Source: Octopus bimaculoides (lineage: Eukaryota). Taken from it: DNA of 64,000 nt. Numbering within the stretch: the stretch's first letter is position 1; the number at the start of each line of letters is the position of its first letter. Position numbers and translations under genes: made by a program. The notes under the pieces were generated by a model. It ran no database searches, was not told where the DNA came from, and saw only the letters and a list, made by a program, of their open reading frames with translations. The stretch lies in NCBI RefSeq assembly GCF_001194135.2, contig NC_069002.1, positions 30,749,039 through 30,813,038 on the forward strand, in the 5' to 3' direction. Below are positions 12,048-24,973 of this stretch, one piece after another.

Positions 12048-13951
12048 ACTTATGATGAAAGACAATCTAGCCATGGCCATTGTTGTTGTTTTTTTTTTTT
12101 CATATGTGATGGGAACCCAGGAACACATAAATCCCAATGTGTTCTTTTTTAAGACAGCAGGGCAAGATATGAGAAAAAATTGGCTGCTATTTCTAGCAGG
12201 TTCAATAACTATAAAGAGGTTCCATCTCCGTGATTACTGGCCTGTCATTTGTGTGTATATGTGGTGGGTGGGGGTGGTAATAATAATTACTCAGACATTT
12301 CTCACTACATCAGACCCTCTCCCTCTCTCTCTCTCTCTCTCTGTCTATATATATCTTCAACTATAAATATTACATCGTTGGGAGATCTAGCTAAATATAT
12401 CTTCCACATTGATTAAATGGCCACAACTGAGGAAACTTTATACCTTCTGGTCAGCTGAGTTAATTTATTTCTCAGCCAAATTACTAAGCACTTTTCTTAA
12501 TATCCATCATCATCATTGTCATCGTCATCATCATTGTCATTTAATGCCCACTTTTTTATGCTCATGTGGGTCAGACTGAATTTGTTGAGGCAGATTTTCT
12601 ATAGTTGGATGCCCGTCGTTGTTGCCAACCAAGGTACTGTTTCCCCATGGAAGACTGGAAATGAACAACCCCTCTTGTATGACAGTGATGCTCGTTTACA
12701 ACCATTGTATGACGTCAAGACAAGGGTTCACACAAACATGCATTCATTTGTATGTTGGGCTTCTTTCAGTTCCCATCTACTCGCAATAGTTTGGTTGGTT
12801 AGGGGTTTTAGTTGAATGCCCTTGCCCCCAAATGCCACCCAGTGGAGCTGATTGGATTGCACCCAGTTCTTATCTTTTAAACCTGGTACTTATTCTGTTG
12901 GGGTCCCTTTTGTAGAGCCATTCAGTTGTAGAGTACTTGGGGACTTCACTGGTGCTGGTNNNNNNNNNNNNNNNNNNNNNNNNNNNNNNNNNNNNNNNNN
13001 NNNNNNNNNNNNNNNNNNNNNNNNNNNNNNNNNNNNNNNNNNNNNNNNNNNNNNNNNNNNNNNNNNNNNNNNNNNNNNNNNNNNNNNNNNNNNNNNNNNN
13101 NNNNNNNNNNNNNNNNNNNNNNNNNNNNNNNNNNNNNNNNNNNNNNNNNNNNNNNNNNNNNNNNNNNNNNNNNNNNNNNNNNNNNNNNNNNNNNNNNNNN
13201 NNNNNNNNNNNNNNNNNNNNNNNNNNNNNNNNNNNNNNNNNNNNNNNNNNNNNNNNNNNNNNNNNNNNNNNNNNNNNNNNNNNNNNNNNNNNNNNNNNNN
13301 NNNNNNNNNNNNNNNNNNNNNNNNNNNNNNNNNNNNNNNNNNNNNNNNNNNNNNNNNNNNNNNNNNNNNNNNNNNNNNNNNNNNNNNNNNNNNNNNNNNN
13401 NNNNNNNNNNNNNNNNNNNNNNNNNNNNNNNNNNNNNNNNNNNNNNNNNNNNNNNNNNNNNNNNNNNNNNNNNNNNNNNNNNNNNNNNNNNNNNNNNNNN
13501 NNNNNNNNNNNNNNNNNNNNNNNNNNNNNNNNNNNNNNNNNNNNNNNNNNNNNNNNNNNNNNNNNNNNNNNNNNNNNNNNNNNNTTCTATTGGCACAGGG
13601 CTTGAAACCTAAAAGAAGTGGGGCTAGTTGATTACATTGAACCCCAGTACTCAACTGGTACTTATTTTATCAACCTTGAAATGATAGAGACAAAGTCCAT
13701 CTTGGCAGAATTTGAACTTAGGACGTAAAGCCAGAAGAAATGCTGTTGGTATGCTAAGAATTCTGCCGGTTCAAATATTGTCTAACATTGGCCCAAGGCC
13801 CTGATATCAGGGAACTGGACATAAGACCAAAAACAAAATTCATTTTTCTAATGAGAAAGTTAATTAATTTTATTTTAGATTGTTTTGTTGATTTAAAGTG
13901 TAATTTATATTTATTCTGATTTTTTTTTGTTCTTTATTTGTCCATTTTTAG

Positions 13952-14111
13952 CCAGAATAAACTTGATGAAGCCCTGCTGACATCTGGCCGTGTGTCCGAT
14001 GCCTTGAATTCACTGCAAGAATGGTTGAGTAAAGCAGAAGCAATGCTGTCTAAAGACGAATGTATACTTGGAGATTATGATACTGTAAATCTATTAATAG
14101 AACAACACAAG
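13952..14111 (+). CDS. MACF1: Spectraplakin exon 1 of those visible (spectrin repeat; QNKLDEALLTSGRVSDALNSLQEWLSKAE...LIEQHK)
   Basis: Acceptor tttttag at 13951, donor gtttgt at 14112; entered in phase 2. The LDEALL..G...AL..L.EWL pattern is typical of spectraplakin spectrin repeats. Confidence 0.93.
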
Positions 14112-14926
14112 GTTTGTTTATTTACTTCACATGTAATAGTTGTGACTCTGTAGTCACGAGTTCAAACCTTGCTATCACCATTGAACTGTGCCTCAGTATA
14201 CAACCTGATTATTATACTTCATTCTAGCAAATACGCTACCTTTACTTTCTAGAAAATTAGATAAAGGACCCCTGCTTGTAAAAACAACCCATATCAAGAA
14301 TTCATTCTTTGGTTCACTTTTCCGTCTGTTTTTCCATGCTAGCATGGGTTAGATGAATACATGCATACAAGAGGTAGACCCTGGAAGACAAGGGATGAAG
14401 TGGTGAAGCATGATTTCTGGACGTTGGGCCTCGCAGAGGCGATGACAAGTGACTGAGACCTTTGGCGATATGCTGTGCTTGAGAAGACTTGCCAAGCCAA
14501 GGGAAATTGTAGTCGTGGCCGATGCTAGTGACACATAAAAGCACCCATTACACTATGTAAAGTGTTTGGCATTAGGAAGGGCATCCAGCGAACAACTGAT
14601 GAAGGGTCGTTCTTTATGTTGTTTGTCTTCAAACAAAATATCTCTTATTCTGTGTCTATGGCTTTGTTGACAAGGAAATTACAACAACCACTGGGCTACT
14701 GATGTTAACATTTGTAACTCAGTGATTTTTTGTGGGGGACAAGTGAAAACCTCAACAGTTACTCAGACACAGATATTCGAAACCATAGTAGATCTGTATG
14801 TTGGACAAACTGTTCAACTTGCTCCTCGCTTTCTGTCGAACAACTTGATGTAGTTAACAATTATTTAAAAAACAAAGAAAAATAAAAAAAAAGCTGTTTC
14901 TGTAGTAATTAAATATCTATTTCCAG

Positions 14927-15088
14927 TCAGTGCAACAAGAACTGGAAGCTCGGGAACAAACTTTGGAAGCCCTGAAGTCTGCTGGAAGCATACCTGAACA
15001 ACACATTGAGGATCTGGTATTTTTATGGAAACGGATTAATTTATTGAGTGAAAGTCGAGAGGCTCGTTTAAAGGAGGCATTAACTTTG
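14927..15088 (+). CDS. MACF1: Spectraplakin exon 2 (SVQQELEAREQTLEALK...REARLKEALTL)
   Basis: ttccag acceptor, gtaaat donor, 162 nt, phase 0/0; continues the spectrin helices in frame. Not in the ORF track on this strand. Confidence 0.93.
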
Positions 15089-16267
15089 GTAAATATCATT
15101 TCTTAATATAATTCCATTTCTCTGATTGTCCGTTACTCCTGACAAGCACAGTAAAGACAGCTGTTATTGTAGTTTGACTGTTTGTATGTTATTGAAACAC
15201 TGACAGGTCATTTAGTTAGCTAAATACACAACTGGAAATATTTGTTATAATTTTAACTGTCTATGTATAACTTGTATACAGTTATAACTGTATGCATATT
15301 TTCTTATTTATTACATAAGAACATTTATTTTACTCAGTTTAAATCTAATTTTGCAAGTAATTATCTTCAAAACTAAATATTTGTCACCCTTGCATTTTCC
15401 ATGGGTACCCTGTAGTTTACCTTTTTTTACTCTTAAAAAGGTTTTTCAACAGGAAACTGTTTGGTAATTGAAATTGCTGTTTTGGGACTAAAAAAAGCTG
15501 GCTATTAAAATTCTCTGAATATTTTGCTATCTCCCAAACACCAAATTAATAATGACAAAATTAATTACTGTACTAAATTCCTTCTAAACCTTACTTGTTT
15601 GTATGTTTTCAGGCAAATATTGTAAAGAAATATATTAATTGCTATTGTTTTTATTCAATTAGCCAAACAATGGAAGCATCTCCTCCTCCTACAACAACAA
15701 CAACAAGCCTTAAGATTGGTTATAAACTATTTCACATCAAATTATCTACTCTAATTTATGCAAAAATATGTAAATGTTTGCAGTAAACTTGTATTCATAA
15801 AACTGTCAAAATTTATTAAGAGAACAAGTAATTTTTTTCTGTTTTTATTGGAAAAATATAATTTATATTCTGGAGTTATGCTTGTTTGACAAGTGATTCT
15901 TGATTTGAAATTGTGTGTTGAAGCTGAAAGAATTATTATCAGAGAAGGAACATTTTAATGATTGAAAAAAACCCACAAACAGTGTTAAATTCATTCTTAA
16001 TTTACTTCATGAGGTGCCAAAAATTTTGTCAAACCACATTATGATCTTTAAGATAGCTGGACAAAGATGCAGTTGAACTGTGTCAATGGCCAAGGTTGGA
16101 GTTTCTGCTACAAAGACTTTCGCATCTCATAAGATAAACAAAAAGCAAACAAACTTTAGCATCTTTCGTGTATTTCTTTCTTTTTTTAATTGCTTTCAAA
16201 TTGATTACGAAAACACTGATGGTTGACAAGTCTTGTATTCTTTTACCAACCGAAGGTTTCCAGAGTC

Positions 16268-16695
16268 AAAGGTGTTTTATGATGCCGAATAGTCAAAGCC
16301 CTAGGGAAGCTAGTTGGCTGATACTGCTTTCGACAAAGAATTCCACGAGGTTTGGTGCGTGGAATGTTCGAACAATGTTTACTGCTGGAAAGTGTGAAAA
16401 TATTAGCAAAGAAATGGACAATTATAAATTGGAAATTTTGGGTTTGTGCGAAACTAGGTGGATTGATAATGGACAAACTAAGCTAGCTTCAGGAAAAACA
16501 ATTATAGACTCAGAGCACAAAGATGATAAGGCGTGTCACACAAGGGGAGTAGCTCTGATGCTGACTAAGAAAGTGGTTAAAACATTAATAGAATGGCAAC
16601 CCATAAATGAAAGATTGATACTAGCAAAGTTTAGAACGTCTCATAAGCGGATTTTCCTAACAATTGTTATGTGCTACGCCCCAACAAATGATGTT
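16268..16695 (+). mobile_element. RTE-clade LINE fragment, AP-endonuclease N-terminus
   Basis: RFGAWNVRTM...LEILGLCETRW...RGVALML...EWQPINERLILAKF...CYAPTND are APE motifs of RTE ORFs; the ORF ends right after YAPTND. Confidence 0.9.
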
Positions 16696-17006
16696 AAAAT
16701 GACTTTTCCACAATTTAATCGTTAACAATAATTTATAGTTTAATAATTTTGCCCTTCATCTCCTAGCATAAAGTTGCCCCCTTTTAAAGTTTGTAGTCTT
16801 GCCAACTGCATGGCGGCCCTTACTATTGCCAGTGAGGTGAGACAATGCACCCCGGTACATGGGAAGATGTTGGCAATAAAGTACATCCAACTGTAGAAAC
16901 CCTGCCAAAGCAGACTGGAACATGATGCTATTCTTGGGCCCATCAAATCCTGTTAAAATGCCAACAAAGAACAAGGATATTAAATGCTGATTTACTTCTC
17001 TTTCAG

Positions 17007-17132
17007 GCTGATGAATTCCAAGAGGTTGTCCAAGTGATGAGAGAATTTCTTCCAACTGTAGAATCTGAGTTAAAATTCCGACCCCTACCTGATGATGAAC
17101 TTTCCATTATTCATTTGATTGAACGACATGAA
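17007..17132 (+). CDS. MACF1: Spectraplakin exon 3 (ADEFQEVVQVMREFLPTVESELKFRPLPDDELSIIHLIERHE)
   Basis: tttcag acceptor, gtaagt donor, 126 nt, phase 0/0; L.F..LPDDE motif as in shot/MACF1. Confidence 0.95.
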
Positions 17133-17641
17133 GTAAGTTTATGTCCTCGTTTCTCTCTTTTTTTGTTTTGTAATTTTTATATCTCTCCCTCTTTCACTTC
17201 GTGTCCCCCACCTCTTAAAATTGCAATTGAACCTTTTAGCATTTAAACCAGCCACAATATTTGATCCGTTTTATGCTCAAACTACATTTGACAGCAAATT
17301 CTTAATGCTTAGAGGGTTAATATACAAATTAAAATTTAATACAGAAATTACACTTTTGAATGATAAATTACAATTTCATCCTTTTTATACAGACTTACCT
17401 GAGACCACCTCTAGTTCTAAGATACAAAATTCCTATTTTAAAATGATCCAAATAAAAATCTTCCATCAAAATTTCATGTAAATATTTTCCAGACACCAGC
17501 TTCATAATGGGTCATTTCATTAACTTCATTATTTCTCAGGGCTTCAAAGATCAGTGGGAGGAAGGGAGAAAGTTATATATACATGTATGTGAAAATGTGT
17601 GTGTGTATATATTCTATTTCTTGTGTAAATCAATTTTTCAG

Positions 17642-17785
17642 AAATTCCAAGAACGTCTTCGTAATCACCAAGACACAGTCGACAAAATCAAGGTCCTTGC
17701 TGAAAGAATTTTAAAACACTGTCACCCAAATGCTGTTAGATTCGTCAAATATTACCTTACAATTACTCAAACGCGGTGGGATCAA
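17642..17785 (+). CDS. MACF1: Spectraplakin exon 4 (KFQERLRNHQ...ILKHCHPNAVRFVKYYLTITQTRWDQ)
   Basis: ttttcag acceptor, gtaagt donor, 144 nt, phase 0/0; IL..CHP.A.....I...RW motif. Confidence 0.95.
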
Positions 17786-17931
17786 GTAAGTACTATGGCT
17801 ACTATCTGTTCTTATTCCATAGTGAAACCATTCTATGAAAGTATAGTACAGCATTAGTATTGATGATAACAACTGGATATTCTATGACTGGCTGTGAGGT
17901 AACCAACATCTTTATATTTTATTATGTAACC

Positions 17932-19230
17932 GGCACAGCATGGCTGTGTAGTAAGAAGCTTGCTTTCCAATCACATGGTTCTGGGTTCATTCCCACTGCG
18001 TGGCACCTTGGGCAAGTGTCTTCTACTATAGCCTTGGGCAGGCCAAAGCCTTGTGAGTGGATTTGGTTGAGGGAAACCAAAAGAAGCCTGTTGTAAATAT
18101 GTCTGTGACAACCGATGCTGGTGTGTTTGCGTCCCTGCAACTTAGCAGTTCAGCAGAAAGGACTGATAGAATAAGTGCTAGGCTTACAAAGAATAAGTCC
18201 TGGGGTCGATTTGTTCGGCCAAGGGTGGCACTCCAGCATGGCCACAGTCAATTGACTGAAACAAATATAAGAATAATACTTGTGCATGTTCAGTTGTTTT
18301 ATGCCCAGAGTAAGTAATGCCTTGCAGCCTCTTGTACAAGGGCATGGTAGTGTTGTTCTTCTGCCAATTCTATGTCGAAGCACATATCCTGCAACTGATT
18401 CTGGTTTCATTGACTCCAAAAAGCAAAGGCAACCTTGGATGAATTTGAGCTCAGAACATGAAGACTGACGAAATGTTGCTAAGCATTTCGCCCGGCGTGC
18501 TAACGGTTCTTATTTGTTTATTACCTACAAGGTGCTAAACATAGAGAGGACAAACAAGGACAGATAAAGGGATTAAGTCGATTACATCGCCTCCAGTGTG
18601 TAACTGATACTTAATTTATCGACCCCGCAAAGATGAAAGGCAAAGTCGATCTCGAAGGAATTTGAACTCTGAATGTAACAGCAGATGAAAAACTGTTAAG
18701 CATTTCACCTGGCATGCTAATGTTTCTGCCAGCTCGCTGCCTTAAGGGAAACAGAACACTGTTTCCCTTTCATAATCTTGCAGTTTAATCCATGCTTAAT
18801 TAAACATGCATTTAATTAAAGAAAAAGAAAATATTTAGGTGTGACTCATAGGTGCAGGTGTGGCTGTGTGGTAAGAAGTTTGTTCCTCAACCACATGGTT
18901 CCAGGTTCAGTCCAACTGTATGGCACCTTGGGCAAGTGTCTTCTATAGCCTCAGGCTGACCAAAGCCTTGTGAGTGGATTTGATAGATGGAAACTGAAAG
19001 AAGCCCTTCGTATGTCTGTATCTGTTTGTTCCACAACATTGCTAGACAACTGATGTTGGTGTGTTTATGTAACTTTAACCATCTGGCAAAAGGTGACCAA
19101 TAAAATAAGTACCAGGCTTAAACAAAAAATAAGGGCTGGGAGTCGATTCATTCGACTAAAATAAATTGTTCAAAGTGGTGCCCCAGCATGGCCATAGTTT
19201 AATGACCGAAACAAGTAAAAGTAAAAAGAC
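17932..19230 (+). mobile_element. Cluster of family-A SINEs (about 17932-18270 and 18851-19230, +) around family-C SINEs (about 18395-18743, -)
   Basis: Recognisable heads and tails of both families. Confidence 0.8.
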
Positions 19231-19301
19231 AAATAGTAATTCATATTAATTTTAAAATAAATTAATTTCTATTAATTAATCTTGTAATCATTTAATTGCA
19301 G

Positions 19302-19490
19302 TTGATACAGCGATCCCATTCACGAGCACAACGACTGCAGGACGCATTGAAGAGTATTCAGGGAAATGCTGCTTTATTGGAAGAATTATTGGCCTGGTTA
19401 ACAGACTGCCAAGTATTATTGGCAACGAAAGAAAAAGACCCAATTCCAGAGGACATTCGAGTTGTAGAGACCCTATTAAAAGAGCACCAG
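19302..19490 (+). CDS. MACF1: Spectraplakin exon 5 (LIQRSHSRAQRLQDAL...LLEELLAWL...LLKEHQ)
   Basis: ttgcag acceptor, gtaagt donor, 189 nt, phase 0/0; LLEELLAWL start of a spectrin repeat. Confidence 0.95.
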
Positions 19491-20767
19491 GTAAGTTGTG
19501 GCAGGGATTTTGTGAACCAAAATGTCCAGTAATGAGGGACCAAGTTTGGGGAGTTCCAGAGTCTTGAAGCATGTGGAACCACCTCCAAGCTGCTGCTGCT
19601 GTTTCCTACACTGCAACAACTCTGACCTGGAGTAGTTGCGGCTGTCAGGGTCTCAGATATTGTTTAAATAGCACATCATGATTTCTCTTGCCCCAACAGG
19701 TCTTCATTGGACACGAAACTCAGCTTGCGAAGACCTGTTGGGGCAAGCGAAATCATGATGGCACCTGTGCCCAGCGTCGCCTTTCTGGCACTTGTGCCCA
19801 CAGCATGTGTAAGGGCTTTCGAGCGAGATCGTTGCCAGTGCCCCTGTTTGTTTCTTGTGCGGGTGGCACGTAAAATACACCATTTTGAGCGTGGCCGTTG
19901 CCAGTACTGCCTGACTGGCCTTCGCGCCGGTGGCACATAAAAGCACCCACTACACTCTTGGAGTGGTTGGCTTTAGGAAGGGCATCCAGCTGTAGAAACT
20001 CTGCCAAATCAGATTGGAGCCTGGTGTAGCCATCTGGTTCACCAGTCCTCTGTCAAATCGTCCAACCCATGCTAGCATGGAAAGCGGACGTTAAACGATG
20101 ATGTTGATGATGATGATGATTAGGGCTTATCTACCTGTTAGTGTGTGAAGACTGCATTCGCTGAACTATGCGGAAGAGACCTTTATGGTTCAGCAGAAGG
20201 AAGGGCAACTTCAGCAATGCATTGTGGAGTACAGAGAGTAAGACGTCTTGGTTACCCACTGCATCCCTCTCCATCCTCAGTTATTTTTACCAGGTCTTGT
20301 CATTGAATTGAAACAGGTCACCGATGAGTGAGTGAAATTGACAATGCAGAACCCTTCTTCACTTTAAGGTCCCCACAAAAATCATCTGTCATTCTCAATG
20401 ATGACGAGATAACTTGATGAGGATCATAAATTAGAAATTTAGCAAATATTTACTTACAGAACTATCATGCCATTCAACTCATGCTGGCATGGGTTGAATG
20501 GTTCAAGTGAGGACTGCACCAAGCTCCAATGTCTGCTTTGACATGGTTTCTACGGCTGGATGCCTTTCTTAATGTCAACCATCTTACAATGTACTGGATG
20601 CTCTTTATGTGGCACTGAAACCTATCAAGTTACCAAGTAACTTGCAAAATCAAAACCCTCTTCTGTAAATATTCACTAAATATTTATTTAACTGTTTCAC
20701 CAAAGTTTATTACTTTGTCTAAAAGACCCAGTGGCATCAAATGTGGTTTCTGTTTCTTCTGTTGCAG

Positions 20768-20868
20768 GATCTTCACGAAGAAATCACAAGTAAAAATGCC
20801 GATGCTGATCGACTGACCAAAATAGTGACAAGTGAATCAAAATTATCTCAAGGACGGCATTATGGAAG
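20768..20868 (+). CDS. MACF1: Spectraplakin exon 6 (DLHEEITSKNADADRLTKIVTSESKLSQGRHYG)
   Basis: gttgcag acceptor, gtaaat donor, 101 nt, phase 0/2; joins exon 7 in frame. Confidence 0.9.
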
Positions 20869-21146
20869 GTAAATGGAATTATTGATTTTTTTTTTTACCA
20901 TTCTCAGACTTGAGTAAATCTCTTCAAATGTTCTGTATTTATAAAATACTTGAGAAAGCCATATCTTTTATATATATATACACACACACACACATACATA
21001 TACTAGCCTATTACCTGTCATATAATGGGTAACTTTGGAATTATACTTTTGCCATCACTGGTAATATCAGGAAATAATTTAACTTTTTCTGTGATTTGTC
21101 TATTCTATAGTGAATTACTGATGAGATCTCTTCTATTTGTGTTTAG

Positions 21147-21279
21147 TAATTGGAGATTAAATGAAATCGATGGCCACAATCCACGAGTTATTGCTCTGCA
21201 GAATAAATGGAGAACAGTGTGGCGTATGTCTGTAGACCGCAAGAAGAAATTACAGGATGCGTTGGAAACTTTGATGGAG
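21147..21279 (+). CDS. MACF1: Spectraplakin exon 7 (SNWRLNEIDGHNPRVIALQNKWRTVWRMSVDRKKKLQDALETLME)
   Basis: gtttag acceptor, gtgagt donor, 133 nt, phase 2/0; NPRV..L..KW..VW end of the last spectrin repeat. Confidence 0.95.
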
Positions 21280-23840
21280 GTGAGTTTATTCTTAGATTTC
21301 ATATTGCAGTTGATGTACAAACAGTATCATGTTTAATAACGAGCCATATTGTCAAATTTGCACATTTTGTTTGTGTTTTAAGACAGATATGAATGTTCTT
21401 GCTGCTATTTTTAGCAGATTTAACAACCATGTACAAGAGGTGTGGGGGGGGGCCTTTGTAGTACCAGAGCACAAATGAAATGCATGAGAACTGGGCACCC
21501 ATCTTTACCGAGGAAAAAAAAAACGAATTTTAAAATTTACTACAAATCTAACTTTTATCACTGAACCTTTCATCCTCTGACATGAGTTCCCCTCCTCAAA
21601 TTCCCGTCCCTCTCACAATTCCTTGTCTTGCAAGTTACTTGGTGACTCTGCCAGTGCTGGTGCCACGTTAAAAGCAACCAGTCCACACTGTAACATGGTC
21701 TGCATTTGGAAGGACATCCAGCTGTAAAAGTCCTGCCAAAACTGACCTCTCCTGTGCTAGTGTCATGTAAAACGCACTGAGTCCACTCTGCAGAGTGGTT
21801 GGTGTTAGGAAGGGCATCCAGCCGTAAAATCCCTGCCAAAACAGATACGGTAGCCTAGGGTAGTTTTTCTACCTGGCTAGCTCCTGTGAACCATCCTACC
21901 TCTGCATGCATGAAAGATGGATGTTAAACGATGATGATGATGATGAACTTTTATTAGATTACTCTTTTAGTTTAAAGACTTACTGTTTTGTCTCTCACCC
22001 CCATCAATTTTTTAGGGATGGGGCTTCATTGAAGGGCAGTTTCTAATCTAAATGTGGGAAAGGGTGGAGGATCCCGCCGTCTTATGCTGGTTCAATTATT
22101 TCACAAGTTAAACTCTTATGTAATTATGTCCCTTCGTTGNNNNNNNNNNNNNNNNNNNNNNNNNNNNNNNNNNNNNNNNNNNNNNNNNNNNNNNNNNNNN
22201 NNNNNNNNNNNNNNNNNNNNNNNNNNNNNNNNNNNNNNNNNNNNNNNNNNNNNNNNNNNNNNNNNNNNNNNNNNNNNNNNNNNNNNNNNNNNNNNNNNNN
22301 NNNNNNNNNNNNNNNNNNNNNNNNNNNNNNNNNNNNNNNNNNNNNNNNNNNNNNNNNNNNNNNNNNNNNNNNNNNNNNNNNNNNNNNNNNNNNNNNNNNN
22401 NNNNNNNNNNNNNNNNNNNNNNNNNNNNNNNNNNNNNNNNNNNNNNNNNNNNNNNNNNNNNNNNNNNNNNNNNNNNNNNNNNNNNNNNNNNNNNNNNNNN
22501 NNNNNNNNNNNNNNNNNNNNNNNNNNNNNNNNNNNNNNNNNNNNNNNNNNNNNNNNNNNNNNNNNNNNNNNNNNNNNNNNNNNNNNNNNNNNNNNNNNNN
22601 NNNNNNNNNNNNNNNNNNNNNNNNNNNNNNNNNNNNCCCCAGTGCTTGACTGGTACTTAATGAAAGACAAAGTTGACCCCAGCATGTAAGGTTAGATGAA
22701 ATGCCACAATGTATTTTGTTCAGCATGCTAATGATTCTGCAAGCTCGTTGCCTGATTGATAATAATAATAACAATAATAATAATAATAATAATAATATTG
22801 GTTTCAAATTTTAGCACAAGACCAGCAATTTTGGGGAGGTGGTTAAGTCAATTACATCGACTCCAGTATGCAACTGGTACCTAATTTATCGATCCTAAAA
22901 GGATGAAAGTCAAAGTCAGCCCCTGGCAGAATTTGAACCGAGAACATAAAGACGGACAAACTGTCGCTTAGCATTTTGCCTGGCATGTTAATGATTCTAC
23001 CAGTTCACCCCCTTACTTTTACTACTACTGCTACTACTACTAATAATAATGGTTATAATGACAATAAAAAGGACAGTAGTAGCATAGTGGTAGTTATTCT
23101 TTCTAAGCTAGATACAATTTGAAATTTGTGGGGAGGGGTTATTTGATTAAATTGACTGGTACTTGATTTTATTGACCCTGAAAAGGGTGTTGGGCCCAAG
23201 TTGAAGCTTGGTGGTATTTGAAGCAAGAATGTCAAAACTCTGAACAAATACTGAAAGGTATTTCTTACCGATTCATGAGGTGGTGGATGGTTTATATTCC
23301 ATGGACAAATATATAAAAAAAAAATGGTTATGGTTACAGAAGGAATCTGAGCACTCAGTCCAGTTAGACCCCCCCCCCCCCTAAACCCTTGATCTGTTTC
23401 TCTGAACCTTACAAAGGAGATGACAGAGGACCGACATGTGGTGCATTGCTGTACTTGAGAAGACCCGCCCATCACACTGGCGATGGTGCCAGGTAAAAAG
23501 CACTTAGTACACTCTGTAAAGTGGTTGGCGTTAGAAAAGGGCCCCCAACTGTAGAAACCAAGTCAAAACAGACTATGGGACCTGATGCAGTCCCTCTCCT
23601 TGCCAGTTCCTGTCAATCCGTCCAACCCATGCCAGCATGGAAAACAGATGTTAAATGTTGTTGTTGATGATGATGATGATGTTGGGCAACCATACTCTCA
23701 TTGTTGTTTTAGAAAGTTTTACCTGATCAATATTTTTTTCAATTCTTTATTGATTATTGCATTTATTGAACCTGGATATAAAGTTTAGAAACTGTATAAT
23801 GTTTATCTTCTCTGTGTTTTTTTTTTTTTTTTTTTTTTAG

Positions 23841-24003
23841 CTTGAAAGTTTTAAGAACTTTGATTTTGACCTGTGGCGTCAACGATATCTGGGCTGGATT
23901 CAAGAAAAGAAACTTCGCATCACAGACTTCTTCAGGCGGCAGGACAAAGACTGCGATGGAGCTTTAACTCGTAAAGAATTTGTAGAAGGAATGATACAAA
24001 CCA
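23841..24003 (+). CDS. MACF1: Spectraplakin exon 8, EF-hand 1 (LESFKNFDFDLWRQRYLGW...DFFRRQDKDCDGALTRKEFVEGMIQT)
   Basis: Poly-T plus ag acceptor, gtgagt donor, 163 nt, phase 0/1; canonical EF loop DKDCDGALTRKE. Confidence 0.97.
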
Positions 24004-24359
24004 GTGAGTAATGCATTGTTTTCAAAATAATTTCAGACAGTCTCAAAACAGTTTGGCATTTTGATGGCATCAATTTGAAAAAAAAAAAGATTTGCTTCTT
24101 TAATTAAAAAAAAAAAAAAATTATTTTTGGAAAGTTCTGAAAATTTAATGCTTCCAAATTTATCACAAATCTATGTAATCTGATATAATCCAGTGTTATC
24201 TAATCTTCATTTACTTTAATGTTTGCTTGAGTTAGATGCCTCTGACCTTAGAATATTAGTCTCCATAAATCTCATTGGACCCATGGAAGCTTAGAATATT
24301 GGATGTCAAAAACAATGATAAAAAAAATGATGCCATGCACACACATTTTTATTAACATA

Positions 24360-24775
24360 GGCGCAGGAGTGGCTGTGTGGTAAGTAGCTTGCTTACCAAC
24401 CACATGGTTCTGGGTTCTTCTACTATAGCCTCGAGCCAACCAAAGCCTTGTCAGTGGAATTGGTAGATGGAAACTGAAAGAAGCCCATCGTATATATATA
24501 AATGTATGTGTGTGTATATGTTTGTGTGTGTGTGTGTGTCCCAATGTTGCTTGACAACCGATGCTGGTGTGTTTACGTCCCCGTAACTTAGTGGTTCAGC
24601 AAAGGAAACCGATAGAATAAGTACTAGGCTTACACAGAATAAGTCCTGGGGTCGATTTGNNNNNNNNNNTAGAATAAGTACTAGGCTTACACAGAATAAG
24701 TCCTGGGGTCGATTTGCTTGGCTAAAGGCGGTGCTCCAGCATGGCCACAGTCAAATGACTGAAACAAGTAAAAGA
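24360..24775 (+). mobile_element. Family-A SINE upstream of exon 9
   Basis: Full head and tail; about 40 nt are duplicated across the 10-N gap at 24660-24669. Confidence 0.88.
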
Positions 24776-24860
24776 ATATCTAAAATCAACTCCAGAAGAA
24801 TTAAACTGATCTGATCTGATGGTTTTTCAAAACGTTTCTTTTTGTTTCCTCTTTTTGCAG

Positions 24861-24973
24861 AATTTCCAACCAACAAAACAGAACTTAATGCTGTATTCGA
24901 TATTTTCGACCCCAACCACACTGGAAAAATTGTCTACAGAAACTTTATTGCTGCCTTGAAACCAGACAGACAT
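24861..24973 (+). CDS. MACF1: Spectraplakin exon 9, EF-hand 2 (KFPTNKTELNAVFDIFDPNHTGKIVYRNFIAALKPDRH)
   Basis: ttttgcag acceptor, gtaaga donor, 113 nt, phase 1/0; KFPT...E..AV.DIFD matches shot/MACF1. Confidence 0.96.

Noticed and set aside
12852-13654. Long ORFs of 200-340 aa in the track (also at 22.1, 32.1, 39.0 and 50.7 kb)
   Set aside because: They consist of N runs or microsatellites, not coding sequence.
24610-24720. Direct duplication inside a SINE
   Set aside because: Identical sequence either side of a 10-N gap; assembly artefact. The aggattgc repeat around 9931-9970 is the same kind of case.
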